64,000 nt of DNA from contig OZ243927.1 of NCBI GenBank assembly GCA_965213925.1, positions 544,001 through 608,000 of the forward strand, in the 5' to 3' direction. Made by a program: the position numbers and the translations under genes. Source of the DNA: Trueperaceae bacterium. GTDB lineage: Bacteria > Deinococcota > Deinococci > Deinococcales > Trueperaceae. Below are positions 9,267 through 18,729 of the stretch, piece by piece; position 1 is the first letter of the stretch; each line of letters starts with the position of its first letter. Below the pieces are notes generated by a model. It was not told the origin of the DNA, searched no databases, and saw nothing but the letters and a program-made list of their open reading frames with translations.

Positions 9267-9804
9267 TTAGTTTAAGCGGAAATGCGCCAAAATAACGTCA
9301 ACCGTTTCGGAGACGCTCAACGCCCCAGAATCTAAAACCAGCCAGTTCGCAGCTTTATAGGCTTCTAAATCGTGCGCCTTATAGACCGACGCAATAACAC
9401 GGTACAGAACAGCCGTATGGAACGGTTTGTTCTTTCGGTTAGTATTGCGCCTCTGCGCAACCTCGATGTCGGGGCGGAGCAGCACTTTACACACAGGCGT
9501 AGACAGGTTCTGCTCAAGCTTCGCAGCATTTTCAGGGTCAATCACATCATCAATTGCAACAGTAAACCCCGCTTGAGCATAGATACCTGCAAGTTGCGCG
9601 GCTGAACGGCGTGCGAGCGCGAACTGACGTTCTGATTCAGGGGTCAACTCGGGCACAGGATGCGCGATACCCGACACAACCCATTCGCGTAAATCGTCAA
9701 CGGGCACGTGCAATCCGAAGTCGAAGCGCTTGCATTAGGGCTTTTGCAACAGTAGATTTGCCGCTACCTGGTGTGCCAGATAGGATGAACACGGGTATAC
9801 TCAC
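9267..9804 (-). pseudogene. AAA/P-loop kinase family protein with +1 frameshift near 9730
   Basis: Upstream frame VSIPVFILSGTPGSGKSTVAKALMQ (Walker A) joins the ORF-track frame (RFDFGLHVPVDDLREWVVSG) if one base is removed. Confidence 0.75.
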
Positions 9805-9847
9805 CGCTTGATGCTAAATAGTGCGGGCAAGTTTAGATTGAGCCAGA

Positions 9848-10141
9848 TTACGACTGTAAGCGCGACTGCGCCTTGGCGCAGCGGACGCTACCGTACGAAC
9901 AGTAGACGCAGCATTCCCAGCTTTGGGGCTCTAAAACGGCGTCACACTCGGTGCAGGTGTAACTCAGTTTGACGGTGTGTTTGGGGATGGACTCGAGCTT
10001 GCTACACCCACAGCTTGGACAAGTAACAATCGACCATAACGACACGTTCGGCGCGACCTTCGGCGCACGTCTGAGTTCGATGCGCTTTCGGCTTCTCGCC
10101 GTCAAGCGCTTGACCGCTGGAAATAAGGTGCTTAGGGTCAT
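9848..10141 (-). CDS. GDCCVxC-type Cys-rich small protein
   Basis: TCPSCG...YTCTEC...EPQSWECCVYCSYGSVRC matches the GDCCVxC family pattern; start uncertain. Confidence 0.6.
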   Translation of the reverse strand: MTLSTLFPAVKRLTARSRKRIELRRAPKVAPNVSLWSIVTCPSCGCSKLESIPKHTVKLSYTCTECDAVLEPQSWECCVYCSYGSVRCAKAQSRLQS

Positions 10142-10219
10142 AGAATATGATACTTCACGGCGCTCATAGGTGTGGGCGTGGTCGTCACGTTTTGGGGACA
10201 CAGAAGCAGGACTGAGGTG

Positions 10220-10267
10220 AAAGGACTGAGTACTGAGTGAAAAGCAAAACTCAGTACTCAGTCCTTT
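10220..10267. repeat. Heptamer-built inverted repeat/hairpin
   Basis: AAGGACTGAGTACTGAGT...ACTCAGTACTCAGTCCTT; related AGGACTGAG/CTCAGTCCT units at 22513-22567. Confidence 0.6.
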
Positions 10268-10324
10268 TCTCTTTCAACTCTTTGGGAAACACAATTCCAT
10301 CCCCTCTCCCTTTAGACTTGCGTC

Positions 10325-11308
10325 ATGACTCAACCGACAAGCCCCTTAGGGGTCAAAATGTTCGACGCGCATATCGGCAACACGCCCATCGTCAAACTCG
10401 CAAAAGTGGTAGGTCCGGAGATGGCGGAGGTGTGGATCAAGTTGGAGGGACAAAACCCCGCTGGCTCCATCAAAGACCGCACCGCGCTCGGGATGATTCA
10501 GGACGCCGAGGAAAGAGGCATCTTGACGCCCGGCAGCGGTCAGACCATCATCGAGCCAACCAGCGGCAATACGGGCATCGGGCTAGCCTTTTTATCCGCT
10601 GTGCGCGGCTACCGCTGCATCATCGTCCTGCCCGACTCGATGAGCATGGAGCGGCAGAAAACCTTAGAGGCGTACGGCGCAGAGCTGGAATTCACCCCCG
10701 GCGAGGAGCGGATGCAAGGGGCGATTCCCCGCGCTCAAGAACTCGCCGAGGAGATGGGCGCGTGGATGCCCTCACAGTTCGACAACCCCGCCAACCCGCG
10801 CTACCACCACCGCGTCACCGGACCGGAGATGTGGCGGCAGATGCAGGGGCGCATCGACGCCTTCGTGTGGGCGTCGGGGACGGGCGGCTCGATCAGCGGC
10901 GTCGGGCGTTACCTCAAGGAGCAAAACCCGAACATCAAGGTCTACGCCGTCGAACCTGCGCGGAGCGCGGTCATCAACGGTCATGAGAAAGGTTCGCACA
11001 AGTTTCAGGGGATGGGACCGGGCTTTATTCCCGGCAACTTGGACGTGGACCTCTTGGACGGAGCCATCATGGTGTACGAAGAGGACGCCTTTCCGCTGGC
11101 GCGGCGGCTTGCACGCGAAGAGGGCATCTTCATCGGCATGTCATCGGGCGCGACGGTCTGGGCGGCGCTAGAGGTTGCGAAGGACTTAGGACCGGGCAAA
11201 GTCGTAGTGTGCATCGCGGCGGATACAGCGGCGCGGTACGTGAGCACAGAACTCTTCAGAGATGAAGAAGAGGCGGAAGAGGTGAGTCGTCCGGCGGGGC
11301 TGGCGTAA
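10325..11308 (+). CDS. cysK: Cysteine synthase
   Basis: IGNTP, KLEGQNPAGSIKDR, EPTSGNTGI, QFDNPANP, GTGGS, HKFQGMGPGF; leaderless TAGACT-N6-ATG. Confidence 0.93.
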   Translation: MTQPTSPLGVKMFDAHIGNTPIVKLAKVVGPEMAEVWIKLEGQNPAGSIKDRTALGMIQDAEERGILTPGSGQTIIEPTSGNTGIGLAFLSAVRGYRCIIVLPDSMSMERQKTLEAYGAELEFTPGEERMQGAIPRAQELAEEMGAWMPSQFDNPANPRYHHRVTGPEMWRQMQGRIDAFVWASGTGGSISGVGRYLKEQNPNIKVYAVEPARSAVINGHEKGSHKFQGMGPGFIPGNLDVDLLDGAIMVYEEDAFPLARRLAREEGIFIGMSSGATVWAALEVAKDLGPGKVVVCIAADTAARYVSTELFRDEEEAEEVSRPAGLA

Positions 11309-11355
11309 ATTACATAGACCGCAAGACTACGTCGTTCTGAAGGAAGTCTTTTAAG

Positions 11356-11427
11356 GGAGCAATGAGTGAAACCCTTTAGATCCATTGCTCACCGTTCGTC
11401 CAGCTTGACTGGATTGCTCATTGCTCC
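11356..11427. repeat. Hairpin repeat containing a 24-bp unit shared with 272-295
   Basis: GGAGCAATGAG/CTCATTGCTCC arms; CACCGTTCGTCCAGCTTGACTGGA at 11390-11413 is identical to 272-295. Confidence 0.7.
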
Positions 11428-11613
11428 GCACACCCGAACCGAAACTCGTAGTCAACCTCTCCTCACATCCCCTCAAATATTAGCCCCCGTCCCTTTTCAC
11501 AAAGTCGCCTAAGCGAGTAGAGTACGGGTGAATAGACCTGTAGAGGAAGTAGACGCATGGCGGGACCTGCTCCTATGCGCTTTTGTGGGTCTTTGGCAGA
11601 AGGGACTAAACCT

Positions 11614-13053
11614 GTGACGATAACTGTAAATGAACGTTACGAGCGCGTTAAAGAGACCCTAGAAACCCACGACCAAACGCACCTCTTGACCTTTTATGGC
11701 GAGTTGAATCAAGAGGAGCAGGCGTCGCTCTTGGAGCAAATCGAAGCGCACGACTGGGACGAAATCGCCGAGCTGATTCAGAGTCACGTCTTAAACGAGC
11801 CCGACGACGGCATTCCTGACGTGGACGACATCGAGCCGCCCCCTTACTATCCTTTAGCGCCAAATGACGAACTCAAGAGTAAGTACGAAGAGGCGTACAA
11901 AAAAGGTGAAGACCTCTTGAGAGAGGGTAAAGTTGCCGCCTTCACCGTCGCAGGCGGACAAGGTACACGCCTCGGTTGGGACGGTCCCAAAGGCACCTTT
12001 CCCGCCACGCCAGTGAACGGCAAACCGCTCTTTCAGGTCTTTGCAGAATATATTCAGAAGGTGCAAAAGGATTACGACACCACGGTGCCTTGGTACGTGA
12101 TGACGAGTCCCATCAACGACGAGGCGACTCGAGAGTTCTTCCAAGAGCACGACTTTTTCGGGTTGGATAAGGCGAACGTCACCTTCTTTTCGCAAGGGAC
12201 GATGACGAGTATTGGGCGGGACGGCAAGGTGCTCCTAGCGGGCAAAGGTACGCTCGCAGAGAACCCCGATGGACACGGCGGCAGCTTAAAAGCGCTCTAC
12301 AAGAGTGGCGCGGTGGACGATATGGAAGAGCGCGGCGTCACGCAAATCAGCTACTTTCAGGTGGACAACCCCAATGTGAAGTGTTTAGACCCGCTCTTCA
12401 TCGGACTGCACGCGCTAGACGGCGCGGGCATGTCCTCGAAGATGTTGGAAAAAGTCGGACCTAAGGAGAAAGTCGGTAACTTCGTGCAGGTGGACGGGCG
12501 CATCCAGATTATCGAATACTCGGACATCCCCGATGAACTCGCTGAGGCTCGAGATGAGGACGGCTCACTGCAATTCAACGCGGGCTCGATCGCCATTCAC
12601 GTCATTTCGGTAGATTTCGTGAAGCAGCTCAACGAGGGAGAAGGCGGCTTCGCGCTGCCCTTTCACCGGGCGGATAAGGCGGTGCCGCACCTCGATTTAG
12701 AGACGGGCGAGCGCACCGAGCCGGACGAGCCCAACGCGGTCAAGCTCGAGATGTTCGTCTTCGACGCCCTGCCCCTAGCCGAGACGAGCATCATCCTAGA
12801 AACCGACCGCGTGGAGGAATTCGCGCCCATTAAAAACGCCGAAGGCGACGACTCGCCCGCCACGAGCCGCCAGTTGCAGAGCCAGCGGGCGGGGCGATGG
12901 CTGCGTCAGCACGGGGTTGAGATTCCGCTTAACGAAGATGACAATGTGGACGCAACCATTGAGCTGAGCCCCTTGACGGCGATTAGACCGAGTGACCTGG
13001 AGAACGCCGACTTACCGAAAGAGGTCAGGCAAGGAGAAGAGGTAGCGCTGTAG
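11614..13053 (+). CDS. UDP-N-acetylglucosamine pyrophosphorylase, UDPGP/UAP (eukaryote-like) family
   Basis: AGGQGTRLG..GPKG, WYVMTS, NPDGHGG, QVDN, EKVG, IIEYSD, KLEMFVFD, EEFAPIKNA. Confidence 0.88.
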   Translation: MTITVNERYERVKETLETHDQTHLLTFYGELNQEEQASLLEQIEAHDWDEIAELIQSHVLNEPDDGIPDVDDIEPPPYYPLAPNDELKSKYEEAYKKGEDLLREGKVAAFTVAGGQGTRLGWDGPKGTFPATPVNGKPLFQVFAEYIQKVQKDYDTTVPWYVMTSPINDEATREFFQEHDFFGLDKANVTFFSQGTMTSIGRDGKVLLAGKGTLAENPDGHGGSLKALYKSGAVDDMEERGVTQISYFQVDNPNVKCLDPLFIGLHALDGAGMSSKMLEKVGPKEKVGNFVQVDGRIQIIEYSDIPDELAEARDEDGSLQFNAGSIAIHVISVDFVKQLNEGEGGFALPFHRADKAVPHLDLETGERTEPDEPNAVKLEMFVFDALPLAETSIILETDRVEEFAPIKNAEGDDSPATSRQLQSQRAGRWLRQHGVEIPLNEDDNVDATIELSPLTAIRPSDLENADLPKEVRQGEEVAL

Positions 13054-13084
13054 GGCTCGAGACCCTTCAAATTATAAGAACAAA

Positions 13085-13116
13085 GAAGAGGTCGAGCCGC
13101 GCGGCTCGACCTCTTC
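13085..13116. terminator. Hairpin between convergent genes, likely terminator
   Basis: GAAGAGGTCGAGCCG-cg-CGGCTCGACCTCTTC perfect stem. Confidence 0.7.
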
Positions 13117-13147
13117 CTATTGCGTACTTTAGCTAAACCGCTGACGC

Positions 13148-14074
13148 TTACTCGATTGTAGCGACGTTGAACTTGGCGGTTCTCGAGCGGGTATCGTAAT
13201 CGTTCGTTTCTGTCCCTACGTACTGCTTGCCGTCGGTCAAAACGACCGAAACCGAAGCGATGTCTGAAAAAGCGACACCCTCCTCGAGGTTAAGCTCCTC
13301 CGACGACGCGGAGAATGTAAGCGTATTTGCGTTACCGTCCGTGAAGAACGCTTCGCCAGCGTTGAGCTTTGCCATGACTGCGCCTGTCTCGTAGTTTCTA
13401 AGGACATCAGCGTAGCCGATCCAGTCTCCAGCTTCGTTATAGAACCAGAGCCAACCGCTGTAGATGGTGGCGTCGTCGACTAAAAACTCGACATCTAAAG
13501 TTGACGCTTGAGAGTCGAGCGTTGCGTTTGTAATCGTAGCTCGCTTCGGCAGAGCGACGTAGTTACTGGGTGAATTCGCCGCGCCACTATAGTCTTCTGT
13601 GTACGCGAACTCATAGCCCTCCGTCGTCCTTGACCCCGGCGCAGGTACAAAAAGCGTTTTTCTCGCTGTGTTACCGTTTTTCAGGGTGACTTCGACGGTG
13701 TAGTTGCCGAGTTCGACAGATGCGCCGCTATCTAAGCTTGTAGAGTACATATTGCCCATGGGGTACCAGTTCTCTTCGCTATCGTACCATTTCACGAAAT
13801 CGCTAGCTTCGTCCGACCAGGTTCGACCTGTTGGGCTCGTTATCCGAATAGACGCGAAGTCCGTAGCTTCTAAGCCCGTATCAGCAAAAGTAACCGAAGC
13901 CCACAGGAACGCGCTCACACCATTGGCGTCTTGACTGGGGTCGTCATTTTTAATAACCCAGCCGAACTTCTCTATATCGACCTGTTTTTTGGGAGCGTCT
14001 GCTCCGCCACACGCTACGAGAAGGACCGCAAGTGCGAGCGCAGCGATGACGATGATTTTCTTACGCATTAACAT
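13148..14074 (-). CDS. Hypothetical lipoprotein
   Basis: MRKKIIVIAALALAVLLVACGG lipobox; beta-rich acidic body. Confidence 0.75.
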   Translation of the reverse strand: MLMRKKIIVIAALALAVLLVACGGADAPKKQVDIEKFGWVIKNDDPSQDANGVSAFLWASVTFADTGLEATDFASIRITSPTGRTWSDEASDFVKWYDSEENWYPMGNMYSTSLDSGASVELGNYTVEVTLKNGNTARKTLFVPAPGSRTTEGYEFAYTEDYSGAANSPSNYVALPKRATITNATLDSQASTLDVEFLVDDATIYSGWLWFYNEAGDWIGYADVLRNYETGAVMAKLNAGEAFFTDGNANTLTFSASSEELNLEEGVAFSDIASVSVVLTDGKQYVGTETNDYDTRSRTAKFNVATIE

Positions 14075-14252
14075 AGACGAAGTACCCTCCAAAAGTACGT
14101 CTATCACGATAAGTGAGACCTTTTGCTTCAGGTATAAAAAATCCCGCAGGTATTCAAGGTGGAAAATGAGGTGAGAGATTTGTCACAGGTTTGTTACTTG
14201 GCAGCGCCCTATCTCTCACCTAAAAGGTCTATCTTGTTTGCAGGAGGACACC

Positions 14253-14879
14253 ATGAAACTAGGCATCATCGGCGCGGGCAATATCGGCGCGACCTTGGCG
14301 GGACTGTTTGCTAAGGCAGGTCATGAGGTGGCTCTAAGTAACTCTCGAGGTCCCGAAACCCTACAAGATTTAGTCGCGGACCTGAATAAAAACGCCGAGG
14401 GTGAGGTGCAAGCGATGACGGCTGAGGACGCGGCGGCGTCCGGTGATATCGTGATTGAAGCCATCCCTTTCGGGCACTACCGAGACTTACCCAAAGAGGA
14501 ACTGGAGGGTAAAACCCTCATCAGCGCCTCGAACTACTATCCAGGGCGTGACGGCGAGATGGAGTTTAACGGGCACACCCAGACTGGGCTTATCGCGTCG
14601 TATTTATCTGGTACTTCTGTGGTTAAAGCGTTTAACACGATCTACTGGGAGCATCTGCGCGACCAGGGCGATACGTCTAAACCTATAGACGAGCGGCGCG
14701 TCATCTTCCTAGCGGGGGACGACGCAGCGGCGAAGCGAGAGGTTGCTGACCTTGTTAAAGAGGTCGGCTTTGGTCCATTTAACACGGGCGCGTTGAGCGA
14801 GAGCGGCGTGCAAGAGCCGGGCGCGGATATTTACAATACGGATATGACGGTGGCGGAGGCGAGAGAGAGGCTCGAGTAG
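14253..14879 (+). CDS. NADP oxidoreductase (F420-dependent NADP reductase family)
   Basis: MKLGIIGAGNIG, NSRGPE, SNYYP.RDG, VVKAFNTI, LAGDD..AK; AGGAGG RBS. Confidence 0.88.
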   Translation: MKLGIIGAGNIGATLAGLFAKAGHEVALSNSRGPETLQDLVADLNKNAEGEVQAMTAEDAAASGDIVIEAIPFGHYRDLPKEELEGKTLISASNYYPGRDGEMEFNGHTQTGLIASYLSGTSVVKAFNTIYWEHLRDQGDTSKPIDERRVIFLAGDDAAAKREVADLVKEVGFGPFNTGALSESGVQEPGADIYNTDMTVAEARERLE

Positions 14880-14929
14880 AATCTGAGAGATTGGCAGTGA
14901 CGCTATCTGGAATGACGTTGATGTCAAAG

Positions 14930-14949
14930 CAAGGGGTTTCAACCCCTTG
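14930..14949. repeat. Short REP-like palindrome
   Basis: CAAGGGGTTTCAACCCCTTG hairpin in intergenic DNA. Confidence 0.5.
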
Positions 14950-15123
14950 TTCACCACATAGAGGTAGCAGCAGGAGCACATAGCAGCGTTCGACTTAGAA
15001 CCACTACCCTGAGAGGTCCGCGCCACGTAAGCGTGCTTGCAGACGCGCAGCATGTCTTTAGAAAATGCTTGAAGTAATCTGCTATCATTCCGCAACGAAC
15101 CCAACAGCGTAGGAGGACAAAAG

Positions 15124-16788
15124 GTGGCGAGCAAACCCGTCATATTGACCGTAGACGACGACCCCCAAGTGCTGGGCGCGGTGGCCAGGGACCTGCGCCG
15201 CCGCTACAGCGACGACTACCGCGTCGTGCGCTCCGACTCGGGGCAAGGTGCGTTAGACGCCGTGCAGGAGTTCAAAACGAGGGGCACACCCGTCGCTTTA
15301 CTCCTAGCGGACCAGCGGATGCCGCAGATGGACGGCGTGGCGTTCCTAAGCGAAGCGATGAAACTTTTCCCCGACGCCAAACGCGCTCTTTTGACCGCTT
15401 ACGCCGACACCGACGCGGCGATCAGCGCGATCAACCAGAGCAAAATTCACCACTACCTCTTGAAACCGTGGGACCCGCCCCAGGAGAAGCTCTACCCGGT
15501 CTTAGACGACCTTTTAAGCGACTGGCAGGCGGGCTACCGTCCGCCCTTTACGGGCATCCGCATCGTCGGCGACAGGTGGTCGCCCGACGGACACACGCTC
15601 CGCGACTTTTTAGCGCGCAACCAGGTGCCGTACCGCTGGCTGGACGTCGAGACGGACGACGAGGCGAAGACGCTCGTCGAAGGCGAGCACATCGAGCCAG
15701 AAAGACTCCCGCTCGTCATCTTTGAGGACGGGGAGAGGTTGGAAAAGCCGACGCCCTTAGAACTCGCCCGCAAAGCCGGGCTCAACACGGAGGCGGCGAA
15801 CGAGTTCTACGACCTCATCATCGTGGGCGCGGGTCCGGCGGGCTTAGCGTCGGGCGTGTACGGCGCGTCCGAAGGGCTTAAAGTTGCCGTTTTGGACAGC
15901 GAAGCGCCAGGGGGTCAAGCGGGCACGTCGAGCCGCATCGAGAACTATTTAGGCTTTCCCGTCGGGCTTTCGGGGGGTGACTTGGCGCGGCGCGGCGTCG
16001 CGCAAGCGCGTAAATTCGGCGCGGAATTCATCACGCCGCAGCAAGTCGTCGAAGTCGGGCTGAAAGACAACTACAAGCTCGTCAAGTTGGACAGCGGCGC
16101 TGAAATCACCGCGCACGCGCTCGTCGTGGCGACGGGCGTGCAGTACCGTAAGCTAGACGCGCCCGGTATGGACACGCTCACGGGCGCGGGCGTTTACTAC
16201 GGCTCCTCGATTGCCGAAGCCGTGGCGTGCGAAGGCGAAGACGTCTATATCGTCGGCGCGGGCAACTCGGCGGGGCAAGCGGCGCTCTACTTGGCAGGCT
16301 TCGCGAGGAGCGTGACGCTTCTGGTGCGTGGGGGCGACTTGGAGTCCAAAATGTCGAACTACCTCGTTACGCGCATCTACGACGCGGAGACGATTCATGT
16401 GTCGCTCAACACCGAAGTCGAGGCGGTGCACGGCGACTCGAGGTTAGAAGCCATCACCGTGAATTGCAACGGCAACAAGGTCAAGAAACCGACCTCCGCG
16501 CTGTTCATCTTCATCGGCGCGTCGCCCTCGACGGACTGGCTGGGCGACAAGGTCAAGCGCGACGCGAAGGGCTTTGTTTACACCGGACCCGACGTAATGG
16601 AGGACGGCAAACCGCCCGCGGACTGGCTTTTAGAGCGTGATCCCTTTCTCCTAGAGACGAACGTGCCGGGCATCTTCGCCTCGGGTGACGTACGGCACGG
16701 CTCGGTTAAGCGCGTCGCCTCGGCGGTGGGCGAGGGCTCCATTGCGGTGCAGTTTATCCATCAGTATTTAGCGGACGTGGGCGCATGA
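15124..16788 (+). CDS. Response regulator receiver fused to glutaredoxin-like and thioredoxin-reductase-like FAD oxidoreductase domains
   Basis: REC (VDDD, ADQRMP, LLTAY, LLKPW); GAGPAG FAD motif, GAGNSAG NADPH motif, ETNVPGIFASGD..SVKRVASAVGEG. Confidence 0.9.
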   Translation: MASKPVILTVDDDPQVLGAVARDLRRRYSDDYRVVRSDSGQGALDAVQEFKTRGTPVALLLADQRMPQMDGVAFLSEAMKLFPDAKRALLTAYADTDAAISAINQSKIHHYLLKPWDPPQEKLYPVLDDLLSDWQAGYRPPFTGIRIVGDRWSPDGHTLRDFLARNQVPYRWLDVETDDEAKTLVEGEHIEPERLPLVIFEDGERLEKPTPLELARKAGLNTEAANEFYDLIIVGAGPAGLASGVYGASEGLKVAVLDSEAPGGQAGTSSRIENYLGFPVGLSGGDLARRGVAQARKFGAEFITPQQVVEVGLKDNYKLVKLDSGAEITAHALVVATGVQYRKLDAPGMDTLTGAGVYYGSSIAEAVACEGEDVYIVGAGNSAGQAALYLAGFARSVTLLVRGGDLESKMSNYLVTRIYDAETIHVSLNTEVEAVHGDSRLEAITVNCNGNKVKKPTSALFIFIGASPSTDWLGDKVKRDAKGFVYTGPDVMEDGKPPADWLLERDPFLLETNVPGIFASGDVRHGSVKRVASAVGEGSIAVQFIHQYLADVGA

Positions 16789-18182
16789 TGGACGCTAGCA
16801 CGCTAGAGGTCATTACAGATTTTCAGGATGTGCCGCATGGGGAACTCGAGTGGCTCTCCGAGCACTTGGGGCTGCGCCACCTAGACGCAGGCGAACGCTT
16901 CTACACCCAGGGCGACCCGGCGGACGCCTTGCACCTCATTCTGTCCGGTAGCCTCCAGCTCGTGCGGCGCGAGGCGGGACAAGAGGTCAACTCGTTCCTG
17001 GCGGAGCCCGGCGAAATCAGCGGCGTCTTGCCCTTTTCTCGCATGAAATACTACGGCGCGTCGGCGGTGGCTTTGCGCGAAACCGAGGTGGCAGAACTCA
17101 AGGCGAAACACTTCCCCGAGTTGCATAAATGCGCCCCCGTCCTCCTAGAAACGCTCGTTCACGAGATGCTCGACCGCACCCAGGAGTACACCCGCGTCGG
17201 GGCGCAGCGCGAGAAGCTCATGTCTCTAGGTACGATGTCGGCGGGGCTCGCCCACGAACTCAACAACCCCGCCTCGGCTGCCAAACGCGCCGCGCAGAAC
17301 CTGCGCGAGACGCTGCAAGCCTTCGACGAGCACTCCTCACAGATGCTGAGCCCGGTCATCTTTCAGAACTACGAGGGCGGCGACCCCTTTGCGCCGCTCT
17401 ACGACGAGATGACCCTGGACGGCGACACACTGAGCGCCCTAGAACGCAGCGACCTAGAGGACGAGTTAGGCGACTGGTTGGACGAGCAGGGCGTCGAGCA
17501 TCCCTGGGAGGTCGCGGCGACGCTCGTGACGGGCGGGCTCTCTAAAGAACCGATGGTGGAAGTCGCAAACGCCCTAAAACCCGAACAGGTACGAAACTTC
17601 CTCGAGTGGGTCCCCAAAGGCGTCGAGATGCGCCTCTTAGCGCAAGAACTCATCGAGAGCACCGCACGCATCTCTGACCTCGTAGGCGCGATGAAGGCGT
17701 ACACGTACATGGACCAGGGGCTGGAAAAGCAAGAGGTCGACCTCAAAGAGGGTATCGTCAACACGCTCATCATCTTGAAGCACAAGTGGCAGAAGAAGTC
17801 GGTTCAGCTCGAGAAGTCCTTCGCCGATCTGCCCAAAATCCCCGCCTACGGCAGCGAACTCAACCAGGTCTGGACGAACCTCTTGTCCAACGCGATTGAC
17901 GCCGTGGACGAGGGGGGCACGATAGAGATTCAAACCACGCTCGACGCTTCCGCCGAGGTCGCCTGCGTGGATATTATCGACGACGGCGGCGGCGTGCCCG
18001 AAAAGATTCAAGGGCGCATCTTCGAGCCGTTTTTTACCACTAAAGGCGTTGGCGAAGGAACGGGCATGGGCTTAGACATCGCCAACCGCATCGTACGGCA
18101 GCGGCACAGGGGAACGTTGCAGCTAGAGTCGCGCCCCGGTCGGACGAGATTTCGGGTGCGGTTGCCGCTTAGGGAGGCTTAA
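16785..18182 (+). CDS. Soluble sensor histidine kinase with N-terminal cNMP-binding-like domain
   Basis: FYTQGD....LILSG cNMP fold; LAHELNNP H-box; QVWTNLLSNAIDA, DDGGG, FEPFFTTK..GEGTGMGL; ATGA overlap with upstream gene. Confidence 0.92.
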   Translation: MMDASTLEVITDFQDVPHGELEWLSEHLGLRHLDAGERFYTQGDPADALHLILSGSLQLVRREAGQEVNSFLAEPGEISGVLPFSRMKYYGASAVALRETEVAELKAKHFPELHKCAPVLLETLVHEMLDRTQEYTRVGAQREKLMSLGTMSAGLAHELNNPASAAKRAAQNLRETLQAFDEHSSQMLSPVIFQNYEGGDPFAPLYDEMTLDGDTLSALERSDLEDELGDWLDEQGVEHPWEVAATLVTGGLSKEPMVEVANALKPEQVRNFLEWVPKGVEMRLLAQELIESTARISDLVGAMKAYTYMDQGLEKQEVDLKEGIVNTLIILKHKWQKKSVQLEKSFADLPKIPAYGSELNQVWTNLLSNAIDAVDEGGTIEIQTTLDASAEVACVDIIDDGGGVPEKIQGRIFEPFFTTKGVGEGTGMGLDIANRIVRQRHRGTLQLESRPGRTRFRVRLPLREA

Positions 18183-18245
18183 CAGCCTGGAGATTTTGAA
18201 CCTTTGGCGACGCGGAGTGGCTCGCTCTGGCAGTTCAGAAAAACG

Positions 18246-18542
18246 TTAAGATTTTGTACGAGGGGTGTCGCTTTTTATCCCAACTGGAAGTACAACTGGC
18301 AGATTTCTGAGCTGCCCTTCAAGCTTCCAATCTTTAGGCTTTAGCTTTGGACAGAACCACTTTGCACCACTGGAGAGCCAATTTTTGCGGTAACGAATAA
18401 GTGCGGACTCCGAACTGTCTTCGTATCCGTACTCAATACCACAGCATTCACAGATGTCCCATAGGGGTGTTTTACCGTCTTCGCCCCAGGGCAGGAAGTC
18501 GCCTATCGGCAAACCGCAGCAGTGACAGTAGTTCTCACTCAT
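18246..18542 (-). CDS. Small Cys-rich hypothetical protein (possible immunity-type protein)
   Basis: CHCCG...WDICECCGIEYGYED...YRKNW...GAKWF...KP.DW; AT-richer codons. Confidence 0.65.
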   Translation of the reverse strand: MSENYCHCCGLPIGDFLPWGEDGKTPLWDICECCGIEYGYEDSSESALIRYRKNWLSSGAKWFCPKLKPKDWKLEGQLRNLPVVLPVGIKSDTPRTKS

Positions 18543-18729
18543 CCAAGGACCATTGTACTGCGTTTCGCAATACGATTTCTCTAACGTGCACGTTGCGCTT
18601 CGTAACTGTAGTCTTCGTTGTCATCAATCGTCCCGGAGAGGACCGTGGCAGGAGAGATAGGCTCGACCTCTTTGCAGAGCGCGGTATCAACTATGTACCT
18701 AAAGAAATTAGCGAAAAGTATGACAAGAT

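Noticed and set aside
15124..16788. Canonical trxB
   Set aside because: No CxxC active site and fused to a receiver domain
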